Source of the DNA: Acetofilamentum sp.
GTDB lineage: Bacteria > Hydrothermota > 32-111
Assembly (NCBI GenBank): GCA_020721805.1
Contig: DYMB01000001.1
Span: forward strand, 243,149-307,148
DNA length: 64,000 nt
Reading direction: 5' to 3'
Part shown: piece after piece, positions 15,897 to 25,564 of the stretch
Numbering within the stretch: the first letter of the stretch is position 1
Layout: each line of letters starts with the position of its first letter
Notes under the pieces: generated by a model
Seen by the model: the letters and a program-made list of their open reading frames with translations, nothing else
The model's database searches: none
What the model was told of the DNA's origin: nothing
Position numbers and translations under genes: made by a program

Positions 15897-18633
15897 GTTA
15901 AAAGATATTTTTCATAAAATTCATAAAAAAATAGTTTTTGATAATTTTATAGATAGCCTGCTTATTTTTACTTTTTGGGGAATAACATCGTTAGTAGTTT
16001 TTGCTTTCATAGATCTATTCTTCTACCATTCTGAAAAATTATTTTTACTTTTTATTTTATCTTCTTTGATTTTTTCCTTTAAAACTTTTTTCATTTTTTT
16101 GTTAAATGAAAGAGAATCTATAAAAAGATACAATCTTTTGAATAAAAATTTGAAAAATGTCCCACTCACGATCTATGAGAATATTGAAAAAAATAATGGT
16201 TATATTGAAATTCTAATGAAGAATTTCACAGAGGATACCATAAAGAAGAGTATTTTTTATGATCAAAAAAGAAGGGAGACGATTGTTAGAAAAAATTTTT
16301 TTATCCTTTCAGTTTTTTTGATTTTAATAATAATGTTTCCGTTAGTTTTTACCAACTTTTTTAATTTGACTGAAAAAATTGTTGTTTTGAAAGATTGCTC
16401 AAACAAGGTTAAGATTCTTTCATTCAACTATGGTAGCATAGTTGGAAAACTTCTTGTGACAAACGGTTCAGAATTTTTTCCCTATATCGATGGTATGGAT
16501 TATCCTTACGGTTTAAAGATCTTTTTCGTTGGTCCAAAAGTTCAATCGAATATTTTACCTGTGAAACTTTTGAAAGGTTTTAAAATAGATTCCATATCAA
16601 GTCTTGTTAAACCTTTAAAATATACAGGAGTAAAAAATTATAATGTATCCGGAAATATTTTTGATCTCCCTGAATTCTCAGATGTTGATGTTAAAATATC
16701 TTTTAACGACCAGACCCATCGGAAAATATTTTTTAAAAATTTATCCTCCGATAGTGTATATAAAATTTTTAAAGGGAAATATTCAGATTCGATTAAAATG
16801 AATGTTGTTAAAGATAACACTCCACAAGTTTTAATTCTGATGGATAAAAAAGATATTTCAGCAAAAAAATATTTAACGATACCTGTTATGTTTAAAGATG
16901 ATTACGGTATAGATTCTTTATATTTGATTTTGAAAAAAAATGATGATTCTCTAACTAAGGGATACAAATTTTATGGTCTTGATACCATTTTAATTTTTTC
17001 TTTAGATATGGAATCACTTACAGATTGTGAACAATTATATTTCAAGGGGAAAGATAACAATCCTGAAAGAAGACAACTCGGTTTTTCAGAAAGATTATAT
17101 TTAAAAGAAAACTTTTTGTTATCTTCAATTTATGATTCAACATATGTCAAAAACGAGTTTTTAAAAGATATTGATAGATTCTCTGAAAATGTTTACGATA
17201 TATTAACAAGGAAAGATAATTCGAATCTTGAAAAAAAGATCGAGGAGTATAGAGAAAGACTGAACGAATTGAAGGAGAATATTGAAAATGTTAAGAAGGA
17301 AATTAAAGATCTATCAGAATATAAAATACCAGATAAAATTTATAAAGGGATGTTTGAAATTAAAAAAGAGATAGAAAAACTTGATAAAAATTTACTTTCA
17401 AAACTTGATTCGATTTTGAAGAGTTCAAAAAAGATAGAAAACGATTTTGAAAGAAAAGAGATCCTCGAAAAAATAAAAAATCAGGACAGTTTAATCCAAA
17501 AAAATTTAGAAGAATTAAAAAAAATGATAAAGGATCTTAACACGCTTTTTTTACTGAACCAGATGAGGGAAGATATAGAAAAACTTTTACAGAAACAGGA
17601 TTCTATCATATCCAATGAAAACATAAAAGGTCAAGAAGAGATAACACGGTCTCTGGGAAAAATGAAAGAAAAAAGTTTAAAAGATTTGCAACTGAACGAA
17701 TTTGAAAAACCTATTGACGAAACATATAAACTTTCAAAAAAATCAGAAAAAGATCTTTCGGAACGAAAGAGAGTAAAAGAAAAATTGGAAAACTTAAAAA
17801 AGGATCTTGAGAAAAAAATTGAACAACTTGAGGGCAGCGAAAAAAGATATGATAAATATCTTGTAATATATTCTATACTTTTCATAAATGAGATTGTTGA
17901 TAGCACACAGGATAGGGAATTGATAAACGATCTGTATATGTCAATAATAGATTATGTTGATGAAAGCCCAACATCACCTTTGACAATACTTTTAAAAACA
18001 GCACAGAGGATTGTGGTTTTAAGTGAAGGTGATTTCACATCATTAAAAAAACATAACCTTTCTATAATTCTTTATCTTTTAAAAGAGAATCCATCAGGTG
18101 AATCTACCGGTTCTATGGAGGATATATCTGAAAAATTGTCAAAGATATCAGAAGAACAGATGAAGATCTCTCAGACACTCTGGGAAATGTTCAATAAAAG
18201 CGAAATTTCAAAAGATATGCTTGATATGCTTTCTGATCTTGAAAAAAAACTTTCTCAAAAGATGAAGGAAATTGGAGAAAAAACTGGAGATGATGTTGGT
18301 GAAAACATATCATCACTTGCTGATTCTTTGAAAGATGTATCGGAAGAGTTAAAAAAAGGAAATCTTGACGAAGAGATTCTAAAAAAACAGGAAAGAGTTT
18401 TAAAGAGGATGTTGAATTTAACAAAATCGATATACAGAAAAGGAATAGAGGAAAAAAGGGAGAGTAAAACTGGAAAAGATTACAACCTCCCATTCAGACT
18501 TATCACGCCGGAAGATTTTGGTTATAAAAAATATTGGGAATTGAAAAAAAAATATAAAAATATTTATGATTTTAAAAGAAAAGAATGGATACCTCTTTTA
18601 AAACTTTATTACAGGGAACTTATAAATGAATAG
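15895..18633 (+). CDS. Hypothetical 912 aa membrane-anchored coiled-coil protein (possibly DUF4175-like)
   Basis: Two N-terminal TM helices (LLIFTFWGITSLVVFAFIDLFF, LFLLFILSSLIFSFKTFFIFLL) and a third at ~aa 135. A beta-rich central region is followed by ~430 aa of K/E-rich heptad coiled coil. No enzymatic motif recognised. Confidence 0.5.
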   Translation: MLKDIFHKIHKKIVFDNFIDSLLIFTFWGITSLVVFAFIDLFFYHSEKLFLLFILSSLIFSFKTFFIFLLNERESIKRYNLLNKNLKNVPLTIYENIEKNNGYIEILMKNFTEDTIKKSIFYDQKRRETIVRKNFFILSVFLILIIMFPLVFTNFFNLTEKIVVLKDCSNKVKILSFNYGSIVGKLLVTNGSEFFPYIDGMDYPYGLKIFFVGPKVQSNILPVKLLKGFKIDSISSLVKPLKYTGVKNYNVSGNIFDLPEFSDVDVKISFNDQTHRKIFFKNLSSDSVYKIFKGKYSDSIKMNVVKDNTPQVLILMDKKDISAKKYLTIPVMFKDDYGIDSLYLILKKNDDSLTKGYKFYGLDTILIFSLDMESLTDCEQLYFKGKDNNPERRQLGFSERLYLKENFLLSSIYDSTYVKNEFLKDIDRFSENVYDILTRKDNSNLEKKIEEYRERLNELKENIENVKKEIKDLSEYKIPDKIYKGMFEIKKEIEKLDKNLLSKLDSILKSSKKIENDFERKEILEKIKNQDSLIQKNLEELKKMIKDLNTLFLLNQMREDIEKLLQKQDSIISNENIKGQEEITRSLGKMKEKSLKDLQLNEFEKPIDETYKLSKKSEKDLSERKRVKEKLENLKKDLEKKIEQLEGSEKRYDKYLVIYSILFINEIVDSTQDRELINDLYMSIIDYVDESPTSPLTILLKTAQRIVVLSEGDFTSLKKHNLSIILYLLKENPSGESTGSMEDISEKLSKISEEQMKISQTLWEMFNKSEISKDMLDMLSDLEKKLSQKMKEIGEKTGDDVGENISSLADSLKDVSEELKKGNLDEEILKKQERVLKRMLNLTKSIYRKGIEEKRESKTGKDYNLPFRLITPEDFGYKKYWELKKKYKNIYDFKRKEWIPLLKLYYRELINE

Positions 18634-19936
18634 AAATAAAAAGATAATTTTTATTTTTTTTCTTTTTCTTTCCTTTATTGGTCTTCTGGCAAAGGGAATA
18701 GAGGAAATTGTTAAAGATGGCGATTTTAAGATAATACTTAAAGAACTGGATGCATCTTCAAAAAAAGATAATATTTTGAAAATTATATTTTTAAATAGGG
18801 AGAGTTTTAAAAAACCTGATTATGAATATTTTTTGAGAAATCTGATAAAAAGGGATGGTGTTGTGGAAATCTACCTTTCATTATTCAAAAAGGATCGGAT
18901 AAAAGAGAATGAATATATTATATTTCTAAAATATTTTAAGGATAAAAATGATAAAAAATTATATTATGATTATATAGTTAGATTTTCTGATGAAAAAAAT
19001 CTTGATTACAAAAAATTGAGTGCTCAATTTGCAGCGGAGAGTAGACTTGAAGATCTATACGAACTGTTGCCCAATCACAACAGGTTAAAAGTTTACATTG
19101 CAGCAAGGCTCTTGTATAAAACAGGGAAGGAAGAATTTTCTAAATATATTTCAAAGAGTGGGAAAGAAAATATTCTGGACATATTTGAATCTGGCATCCT
19201 TAGTATGCAGAACAAAATTTTAATTTTAGAAAATGCTAAAAATAAAAATGTTATAGATAATAAACTGTCAGAAGATATCTTTAAGATATCTTTCTATGAT
19301 TTTAAAAAAGATTATACCGAATTTTTAAAAAATTCGAAATATGAGTTTTCGTATAGGAATTTTCGAAAAGTTTTTAAAAGTGAAGAGACATATTTATCAA
19401 GAGAGGATTCTTACTTCTATCCTTTGACACTTCTTTTTTTAAACAATTTCAATGATTTAAAGATTTTTCTTGAAAAGGATAAAACGATCGATCCTGAAAG
19501 AAGAATATATGTTTCTTTTCTTTTGAATCTTTTTTTATCAGATGAAGAAAGATCTTTTGATAACCTTATTAAACTTCTTTCATCTGGAGTTGATGATTTT
19601 GTAAAGTTAAGTGCTCTTGAATTTTATTTGGTTTCTAAAAAAATAAATGATGGAAAATTCCTGCAATACTATTTGATGGGTGATAGAGAGAATATGAAAC
19701 CCTTTATAAAAAGTATAGGGAAAAATTCTATTTTTTATTATGAGATGCTTGTAGAGGAAAAAAGATTTGATGAAATTAAACTTTTTAAATTTAAAAATTT
19801 TGAAAATGAGGCACTTATGACACAGATACTTGTTTACGATATAAAGAATGGTATGGTTGATAAATATGATATCGAAGAGTTTTTAAAAAAGTATCAGAAG
19901 AGTCCTTTTAAAAATCTGTTTATCAAATATTTATGA
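18626..19936 (+). CDS. Hypothetical secreted alpha-helical protein, 436 aa
   Basis: Signal peptide MNRNKKIIFIFFLFLSFIGLLA. Start overlaps the upstream stop (ATGAATAG). Helical-repeat-like composition with no recognised motif. Confidence 0.45.
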   Translation: MNRNKKIIFIFFLFLSFIGLLAKGIEEIVKDGDFKIILKELDASSKKDNILKIIFLNRESFKKPDYEYFLRNLIKRDGVVEIYLSLFKKDRIKENEYIIFLKYFKDKNDKKLYYDYIVRFSDEKNLDYKKLSAQFAAESRLEDLYELLPNHNRLKVYIAARLLYKTGKEEFSKYISKSGKENILDIFESGILSMQNKILILENAKNKNVIDNKLSEDIFKISFYDFKKDYTEFLKNSKYEFSYRNFRKVFKSEETYLSREDSYFYPLTLLFLNNFNDLKIFLEKDKTIDPERRIYVSFLLNLFLSDEERSFDNLIKLLSSGVDDFVKLSALEFYLVSKKINDGKFLQYYLMGDRENMKPFIKSIGKNSIFYYEMLVEEKRFDEIKLFKFKNFENEALMTQILVYDIKNGMVDKYDIEEFLKKYQKSPFKNLFIKYL

Positions 19937-21147
19937 AAAAAATATTTATAATTTTAATTTTTATTTCTTTAAAAATTTATCCTTACATTTTTATTCCTAT
20001 GGATGAAGAGCAGTCCGATCATCTCAGATCGTATGGTGTTGTTTTTAGAGCCTTGGAAGATAATGTTAAGGTAGAGTGGCTTTTAAACTACAGGGGAGGT
20101 AGTTTTATAATTCTATCAGATCTTTATGAAAAAGATTGTATAAAGAATGGTGTTCTTTTTTACAACATTTCTCAGGAGAGAAGGGAATATTTTAACTCTT
20201 TATGTGAAAAGATGGTTCTTCTCGAAAAAGCTCCAAAATTGGCAGTTTATTCTCCACCTGATAAGGAACCATGGGATGATGCTGTAACACTTGTTCTTGA
20301 TTATGTTGGGATAAAATATGATGTTATTTATGATAGGGAAGTGTTGAACGGAAAGATTTTTGAATACGATTGGTTGCATCTTCATCATGAAGATTTTACA
20401 GGGCAGTTTGATAGATTCTATATTTCTTCCTTTTATCAACCCTGGTTTAGAAAGATGTATAATATGAACAAACAGATAGCAAAAGACCTTGGTTATGATA
20501 AATACTGGAAAGTCAAAAGGGATGTGGCGGCGCAGATAAAAACTTATGTTTCAAATGGTGGATTTTTGTTTGCGATGTGTTCAGGGACGAATACTCTTGA
20601 TCTTGCATTATCGTTAGGTTATCAGGATATTATACCTTCAATACTCGATAACGATGGAACCCAACCGCCCACACCCGACTATTCGAAAACACTCGCATTT
20701 GAAAATTTTATGCTTAACGATAAACCTGACATTCAAATGGATGATATAGACTATGAACCTTCAGATAAAATGTCGTGGGAGAATAAAAAGTTTAAATTGA
20801 AAAAATTCTCACCAAAATTTGATCTCGTGGAAACGATGTTGACTCAGAACCATACCCAATTCATAAATGAATTTCTTGGAAGAACAACATCCTTTGATAA
20901 GAAAAAAATAAAAAAGAATGTCGTGATACTCGCTGATAGTTATGACCCGAAATATGCCAAATACATACATGGTTTTTTCAAAGATGGTTTTTTTACCTTT
21001 CTTGCAGGGCATGATCCTGAAGATTATGTTCACTATGTAAACGATCCACCAACTGATTTGCAATATTTTAAAAACTCTCCGGGATACAGACTCATTCTGA
21101 ACAATGTTCTTTTCCCCGCATCAAGGGAGAAAAAAAAGAAGACATAA
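19933..21147 (+). CDS. Hypothetical secreted protein, 404 aa, possibly class I glutamine-amidotransferase-like (DUF4159/ThuA-like) fold
   Basis: Signal peptide. The segment GGFLFAMCSGTNTLD resembles the nucleophile-elbow Cys of the GATase1/DJ-1 superfamily. ATGA overlap with the upstream gene. Confidence 0.4.
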   Translation: MKKIFIILIFISLKIYPYIFIPMDEEQSDHLRSYGVVFRALEDNVKVEWLLNYRGGSFIILSDLYEKDCIKNGVLFYNISQERREYFNSLCEKMVLLEKAPKLAVYSPPDKEPWDDAVTLVLDYVGIKYDVIYDREVLNGKIFEYDWLHLHHEDFTGQFDRFYISSFYQPWFRKMYNMNKQIAKDLGYDKYWKVKRDVAAQIKTYVSNGGFLFAMCSGTNTLDLALSLGYQDIIPSILDNDGTQPPTPDYSKTLAFENFMLNDKPDIQMDDIDYEPSDKMSWENKKFKLKKFSPKFDLVETMLTQNHTQFINEFLGRTTSFDKKKIKKNVVILADSYDPKYAKYIHGFFKDGFFTFLAGHDPEDYVHYVNDPPTDLQYFKNSPGYRLILNNVLFPASREKKKKT

Positions 21148-21148
21148 C

Positions 21149-22288
21149 CTATTTTTTCTGCTCGATAATTTTTTTATAAAATTTTTCTATTTTGATTATA
21201 ACATTCTCCCATGAATATTCTTTTGATTTAATCAATCCATTTTTTCTGAAGAATGCTCTTTTGTTTTCATCCTCTGTTAACTCGATGAGTTTTGATAAGA
21301 GTTCAGAGTCATCTTCATTGTTGAAAAGCAATCCATCCTTTTTGTCATCTATAACCTGAGAGTATCCATGGATTCTGGATGCTATTATCGGGGTTCCGCA
21401 GGACATCGCTTCAAGTAATACTATGCCGAAAGATTCACCCCCAAGTGCAGGTGAACAATATATGTCCGCTGTCCTATAGTATTTTGGTATATCCTCTTTT
21501 TTCACATAACCTGTAAAGATTACAGATTTTTCTATACCATATCTTCTCACAAGATCTTTTGCAGTTTTTTCAAGTGGTCCTTTACCAGCGATAATGAGTT
21601 TAGCCTCATTCTTTATTTTGACGAATCTGTTAAAAACATCTATTATTTTTAAAACACCCTTCCTTAAGTCAAGTCTTCCAAGAAAAAGTATTTTGGGAAA
21701 ACCTTCAATATTAAAATTTTCACCTCTTTCAGTAAAAAAATCGGTATCAACTCCTGCCGGGATTATCTCATACTCTCCAGGGAAATAAGGTTCCATTGCT
21801 AATTTCGCAGTCTGTGATATGGCAAGATAACCTGATATTTTGTTAAGATATTTTTTATAAACCATTTTAAAAATAGAGGAACCTGATTTGTAAAATTTAA
21901 ATCCAGCATTTAAAAATGCAGCTATATTTATGCTATTTGAAAAATGTAATGCAAAAAAAGATAAGGATGGAAAGAATGGTCCGTTTAGATGTATTATATC
22001 AAAATAATTTTTATTGAGAAAATTTTTTACCGATGGGTAGATATCCGTTCCAAAAGCCATTGTTGCATAGGATCTGTTCAAAGGTATCATCAAAACCTTT
22101 CCAAACCTGACAACCCTATCCTCATCCGTCTGATTCTTATAATTTGTTGTTAATATGGTTACATCGTTGCCATTCTTTTTCAAATATTTTGAAAGGTAAT
22201 ATGTATACTCGGAAACTCCGGATGGATATGGATAATATGGATCCGAAACCACAAGTATTTTTAAATTTTTTTTATCTTTTTTCATCAT
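21149..22288 (-). CDS. Glycosyltransferase family 4 (GT-B)
   Basis: C-terminal GT4 motif EAMSCGTPIIASRIHGYSQVI...DGLLF with E-x7-E-like signature. Length 379 aa. Confidence 0.8.
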   Translation of the reverse strand: MMKKDKKNLKILVVSDPYYPYPSGVSEYTYYLSKYLKKNGNDVTILTTNYKNQTDEDRVVRFGKVLMIPLNRSYATMAFGTDIYPSVKNFLNKNYFDIIHLNGPFFPSLSFFALHFSNSINIAAFLNAGFKFYKSGSSIFKMVYKKYLNKISGYLAISQTAKLAMEPYFPGEYEIIPAGVDTDFFTERGENFNIEGFPKILFLGRLDLRKGVLKIIDVFNRFVKIKNEAKLIIAGKGPLEKTAKDLVRRYGIEKSVIFTGYVKKEDIPKYYRTADIYCSPALGGESFGIVLLEAMSCGTPIIASRIHGYSQVIDDKKDGLLFNNEDDSELLSKLIELTEDENKRAFFRKNGLIKSKEYSWENVIIKIEKFYKKIIEQKK

Positions 22289-23594
22289 AAAAATCTTTTC
22301 CTGAAAGGTATTCGAATAGAATCGGTTCTTTCATTTTTACAATATCAGATATGGTATTTGAAATATCTCTTATCTCCCACTGTGCATGTTTATCCGATCT
22401 GAGACGGACAAAATGATAGATCTCTCTAACATTCATTTTTAGAATAACTTTTCTTTTTGTAGAGTTGAGCACGGCATATTTGTAAAGTAGAGGATTCTTG
22501 CCATAAAGTGATAATGAGAGTTCTTTGCTTTCCAGAGCAAGGTTTAACAACTTTTTTTCAAAGGGAGTATTCTTTAAAGTTTCAGGGATAACAGGTTTAG
22601 AGTTTATATCGTAACCCTGAGTTATTATTGTAGCCATTCTATGTCTTTTCAATTGAGCGTAACATGATGCTGAACATGATATTAGAAATGTGAAATCAAC
22701 AAGTTCAAACTCTCTTGGAGGTTTATCAAAAGATTTTAAATTTTTAAAAATATTTTTTATAAAATTCTTTTTTGAATTTTCATCGTAATTCTTGATGGAA
22801 AGATTTTTACCCTCCCTGTGGAAAAGATATGATGAGATAATTCTTTTAAATCCATCATAATCATATTTTAAAAGTTTAACACTTTTTTTTAAAGTAGATC
22901 CTTTGGGTATGTTTTCAAGATCTTTGAATTTTTCATCGGGTTGAGTGTACTTTATTATTGATGGGGAGAGTCTTGTCGATTCTTTTTCAAGTTCGTTTGC
23001 AATGTTGTAAAGTTCAACAATGTTTTGACTTTTCAATCTTGAGATCATATATTCAAGAGTTCTACCGTTAAGAGTCATACCACACTGTGTTAGGGTTGAT
23101 AATGGTAAAAAATATCTGGAATCTTCATTGGATGTTTGTCTATCATTTTTCTGGTTTAAATACTCATAGGATTTTTCATAAAGTTGAAAACATCTTTTGT
23201 TAAAATTGACAAATTTTTCAAGTAGATCTTTATCATCCTTCAATTCGTATGGGATTATAAAACCTGTATGTGTGTTGACATATCTCTGTGATTTTTCGGT
23301 AAAGGCTGCAAGTCTATGGTGTTGTATATATTCTATCGCTAACCTTGATATATCAACAAGATCAAAATTAAAGACAGCATGTTCAGCTATCGATGAGTGT
23401 CCGAGTTGAAAAACAATTTTTTCATTGGATCTTCTTGCGTTGACTATATCCTTTGCGGATTCTTCCCTTAACTCCTTTATACTCTTTGAAGATCTTGATA
23501 TCCTTGCATATGCTGCACATAGAGTTTCAGGTGTTTTTATATAACGATCACCAAATTCTCTATCATAGTTGAAACCTGAAAGTTCCACCTTCAT
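22272..23594 (-). CDS. thyX: FAD-dependent thymidylate synthase, tandem-domain form
   Basis: The first half contains HSSIAEHAVFNFDL...YIQHHRLAAFTEKSQRY, which aligns to the ThyX signature. The second half repeats an RHR-like motif (LKRHRMATI). Length 440 aa. Confidence 0.7.
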   Translation of the reverse strand: MKVELSGFNYDREFGDRYIKTPETLCAAYARISRSSKSIKELREESAKDIVNARRSNEKIVFQLGHSSIAEHAVFNFDLVDISRLAIEYIQHHRLAAFTEKSQRYVNTHTGFIIPYELKDDKDLLEKFVNFNKRCFQLYEKSYEYLNQKNDRQTSNEDSRYFLPLSTLTQCGMTLNGRTLEYMISRLKSQNIVELYNIANELEKESTRLSPSIIKYTQPDEKFKDLENIPKGSTLKKSVKLLKYDYDGFKRIISSYLFHREGKNLSIKNYDENSKKNFIKNIFKNLKSFDKPPREFELVDFTFLISCSASCYAQLKRHRMATIITQGYDINSKPVIPETLKNTPFEKKLLNLALESKELSLSLYGKNPLLYKYAVLNSTKRKVILKMNVREIYHFVRLRSDKHAQWEIRDISNTISDIVKMKEPILFEYLSGKDFYDEKR

Positions 23595-25564
23595 CTTTTC
23601 CCCAGCATATTTAAAAATTCTGACTCAGAAATGATCTTTACTTTAAGTTTTTTCGCCTTATCAAGTTTCGATCCGGGATTTTCACCCATTATGAGATAGT
23701 TGGTCTTTGTTGATACATTTTCAGAGAAGTTACCGCCATTTTCAATTATAATGTTTTTTATCTCATCCCTTTTAAAATTTTTCAGGGTTCCAGTTATGAC
23801 GAAAAGGATACCTTTTAGAACCTCAGATTTTTTATCTTTTTCTATTTTTATTTTACAGGACAGAAGATCTTTGATGAGATTTATATTCCCTTGATTTTTA
23901 AAAAACATCTGAATGTTTCTGACTGTCTCATCGCCGATACCTTCAATACCTTTAAGTTTTTCATAATCGCTATTCATAAGTTCATCTATAGAGTCAAAAA
24001 CTTCGGCAAGTTTTTCCGAAAGAAATTCTCCAACATTTTTTATCCCGAGTGAATAGATGAATCTTTTGAGTGTTGTTTTTTTTGAATTCTCAATTGAATT
24101 TAAAATATTGTTTGCACTCTTTTCTTTGATCCTTGGTATCTGAAAAAGTTTTTCTTTTGTCAGTCTGTAAATGTCAGGTATGGTTTTTATAAGATCGTAT
24201 TGAAGTAATTTTTTTACCATCATTTCACCAAGGTTTTCGATGTTCATAGCCTTTTTTGAACAGAAATGTATTATGGATAATTCTATCTGTGCAGGGCAAT
24301 TCTTGTTGATACATCTTAAAGCGACTTCGTCTTCATATTGTATCAAGGGTTGTCCACAGGAAGGGCATATGGTAGGTTTTGATATTTTTATCTCGGTTCC
24401 ATCTCGTTTATCGTTAAGAACTCTTATGATCTTTGGTATTATTTCCCCACTCTTTTCTATCTCAACATGATCGTTAATTTTTATATCGAGTCTTTCTATC
24501 TCATCAAAATTGTGAAGAGTTGCCCTTTTTACGGTTGAACCTGAAATGTATACAGGGTCAAGATTAGCCACCGGTGTTATTATTCCTGTTCTTCCCACTT
24601 GAAATGATACATATAAAAGTTTTGTTATACTCCTTTCAGGTTCATATTTAAAAGCGAAAGCCCATTTTGGTGATTTTGAAGTGTATCCTATTATATCTCT
24701 TAAATAAAGTTGATTTATCTTTATTACGATACCATCCGTTTCATATGGTAGAGTGTCCCTATCGGTTTTGAATTTTTCTTTTATATCCAGAACTTCAAGA
24801 ATATTCTTTGCGATATAATACTTTTCAACAATGGGAATTCCAAAAGATTTTAAAATTTCAAGAGTTTCGGTATGGGTTGATGCAAGATCAGTTATAACGG
24901 TGTGTATTCTTATTGAAAGACCTCTTCTTGCAACCTCTTTTGGTGCAAGAAGTTTCAAGGTTCCAGATGCCGCATTTCTTGCATTGGAGAATGGATATTT
25001 TTCAATCAATTTTGAAAATCTTTCCTTTGTGAAAAAGACCTCTCCTCTAACTATGAGTTCACCTTTGTATTCCGTGTTCAAAACGAGGGGTAGTTCCCTT
25101 ATGGTTTTAATGTTTGCCGAAACATCATCACCGATATTACCATCACCTCTCGTAAGACCTTTAAAAAATTTAGAATCCCTGTAGATTATCGAAACGGCAG
25201 CCCCATCTATTTTTGGCTCAACCGTGTATGTGTAGTTATCTTTAACCGATGTTTTTATCCTTTTATCAAATTCAAGGATTTCCCTATCCGAATATGTGTT
25301 TTCAAGTGATAACATTCTTGGGTTATGGGAAAATTTTTCAAAATTCTCTATATTCTTTTCTGATACCCTCTGGGTCGGGGAGAATTGAGAATAAAACTGT
25401 GGATATTTCTTTTCAAGTTCAAGCAGCTGGTGGTAAAGTTTATCATATTCGTAATCATCGATTAAAGGATCGTTTAAAACATAATAATGGTAATCATATT
25501 TTTCTATGATCTTACGGAGTTGTTCTATTCTTTCCCTAATCACATTATCATTTATTTTTACCAT
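23591..25564 (-). CDS. ligA: NAD-dependent DNA ligase
   Basis: Adenylation motif KIDGAAVS (KxDG), an OB fold, a Zn-finger Cys cluster (CPSCGQPL...C..C), HhH and a C-terminal BRCT domain. Length 657 aa. Confidence 0.9.
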   Translation of the reverse strand: MVKINDNVIRERIEQLRKIIEKYDYHYYVLNDPLIDDYEYDKLYHQLLELEKKYPQFYSQFSPTQRVSEKNIENFEKFSHNPRMLSLENTYSDREILEFDKRIKTSVKDNYTYTVEPKIDGAAVSIIYRDSKFFKGLTRGDGNIGDDVSANIKTIRELPLVLNTEYKGELIVRGEVFFTKERFSKLIEKYPFSNARNAASGTLKLLAPKEVARRGLSIRIHTVITDLASTHTETLEILKSFGIPIVEKYYIAKNILEVLDIKEKFKTDRDTLPYETDGIVIKINQLYLRDIIGYTSKSPKWAFAFKYEPERSITKLLYVSFQVGRTGIITPVANLDPVYISGSTVKRATLHNFDEIERLDIKINDHVEIEKSGEIIPKIIRVLNDKRDGTEIKISKPTICPSCGQPLIQYEDEVALRCINKNCPAQIELSIIHFCSKKAMNIENLGEMMVKKLLQYDLIKTIPDIYRLTKEKLFQIPRIKEKSANNILNSIENSKKTTLKRFIYSLGIKNVGEFLSEKLAEVFDSIDELMNSDYEKLKGIEGIGDETVRNIQMFFKNQGNINLIKDLLSCKIKIEKDKKSEVLKGILFVITGTLKNFKRDEIKNIIIENGGNFSENVSTKTNYLIMGENPGSKLDKAKKLKVKIISESEFLNMLGKR

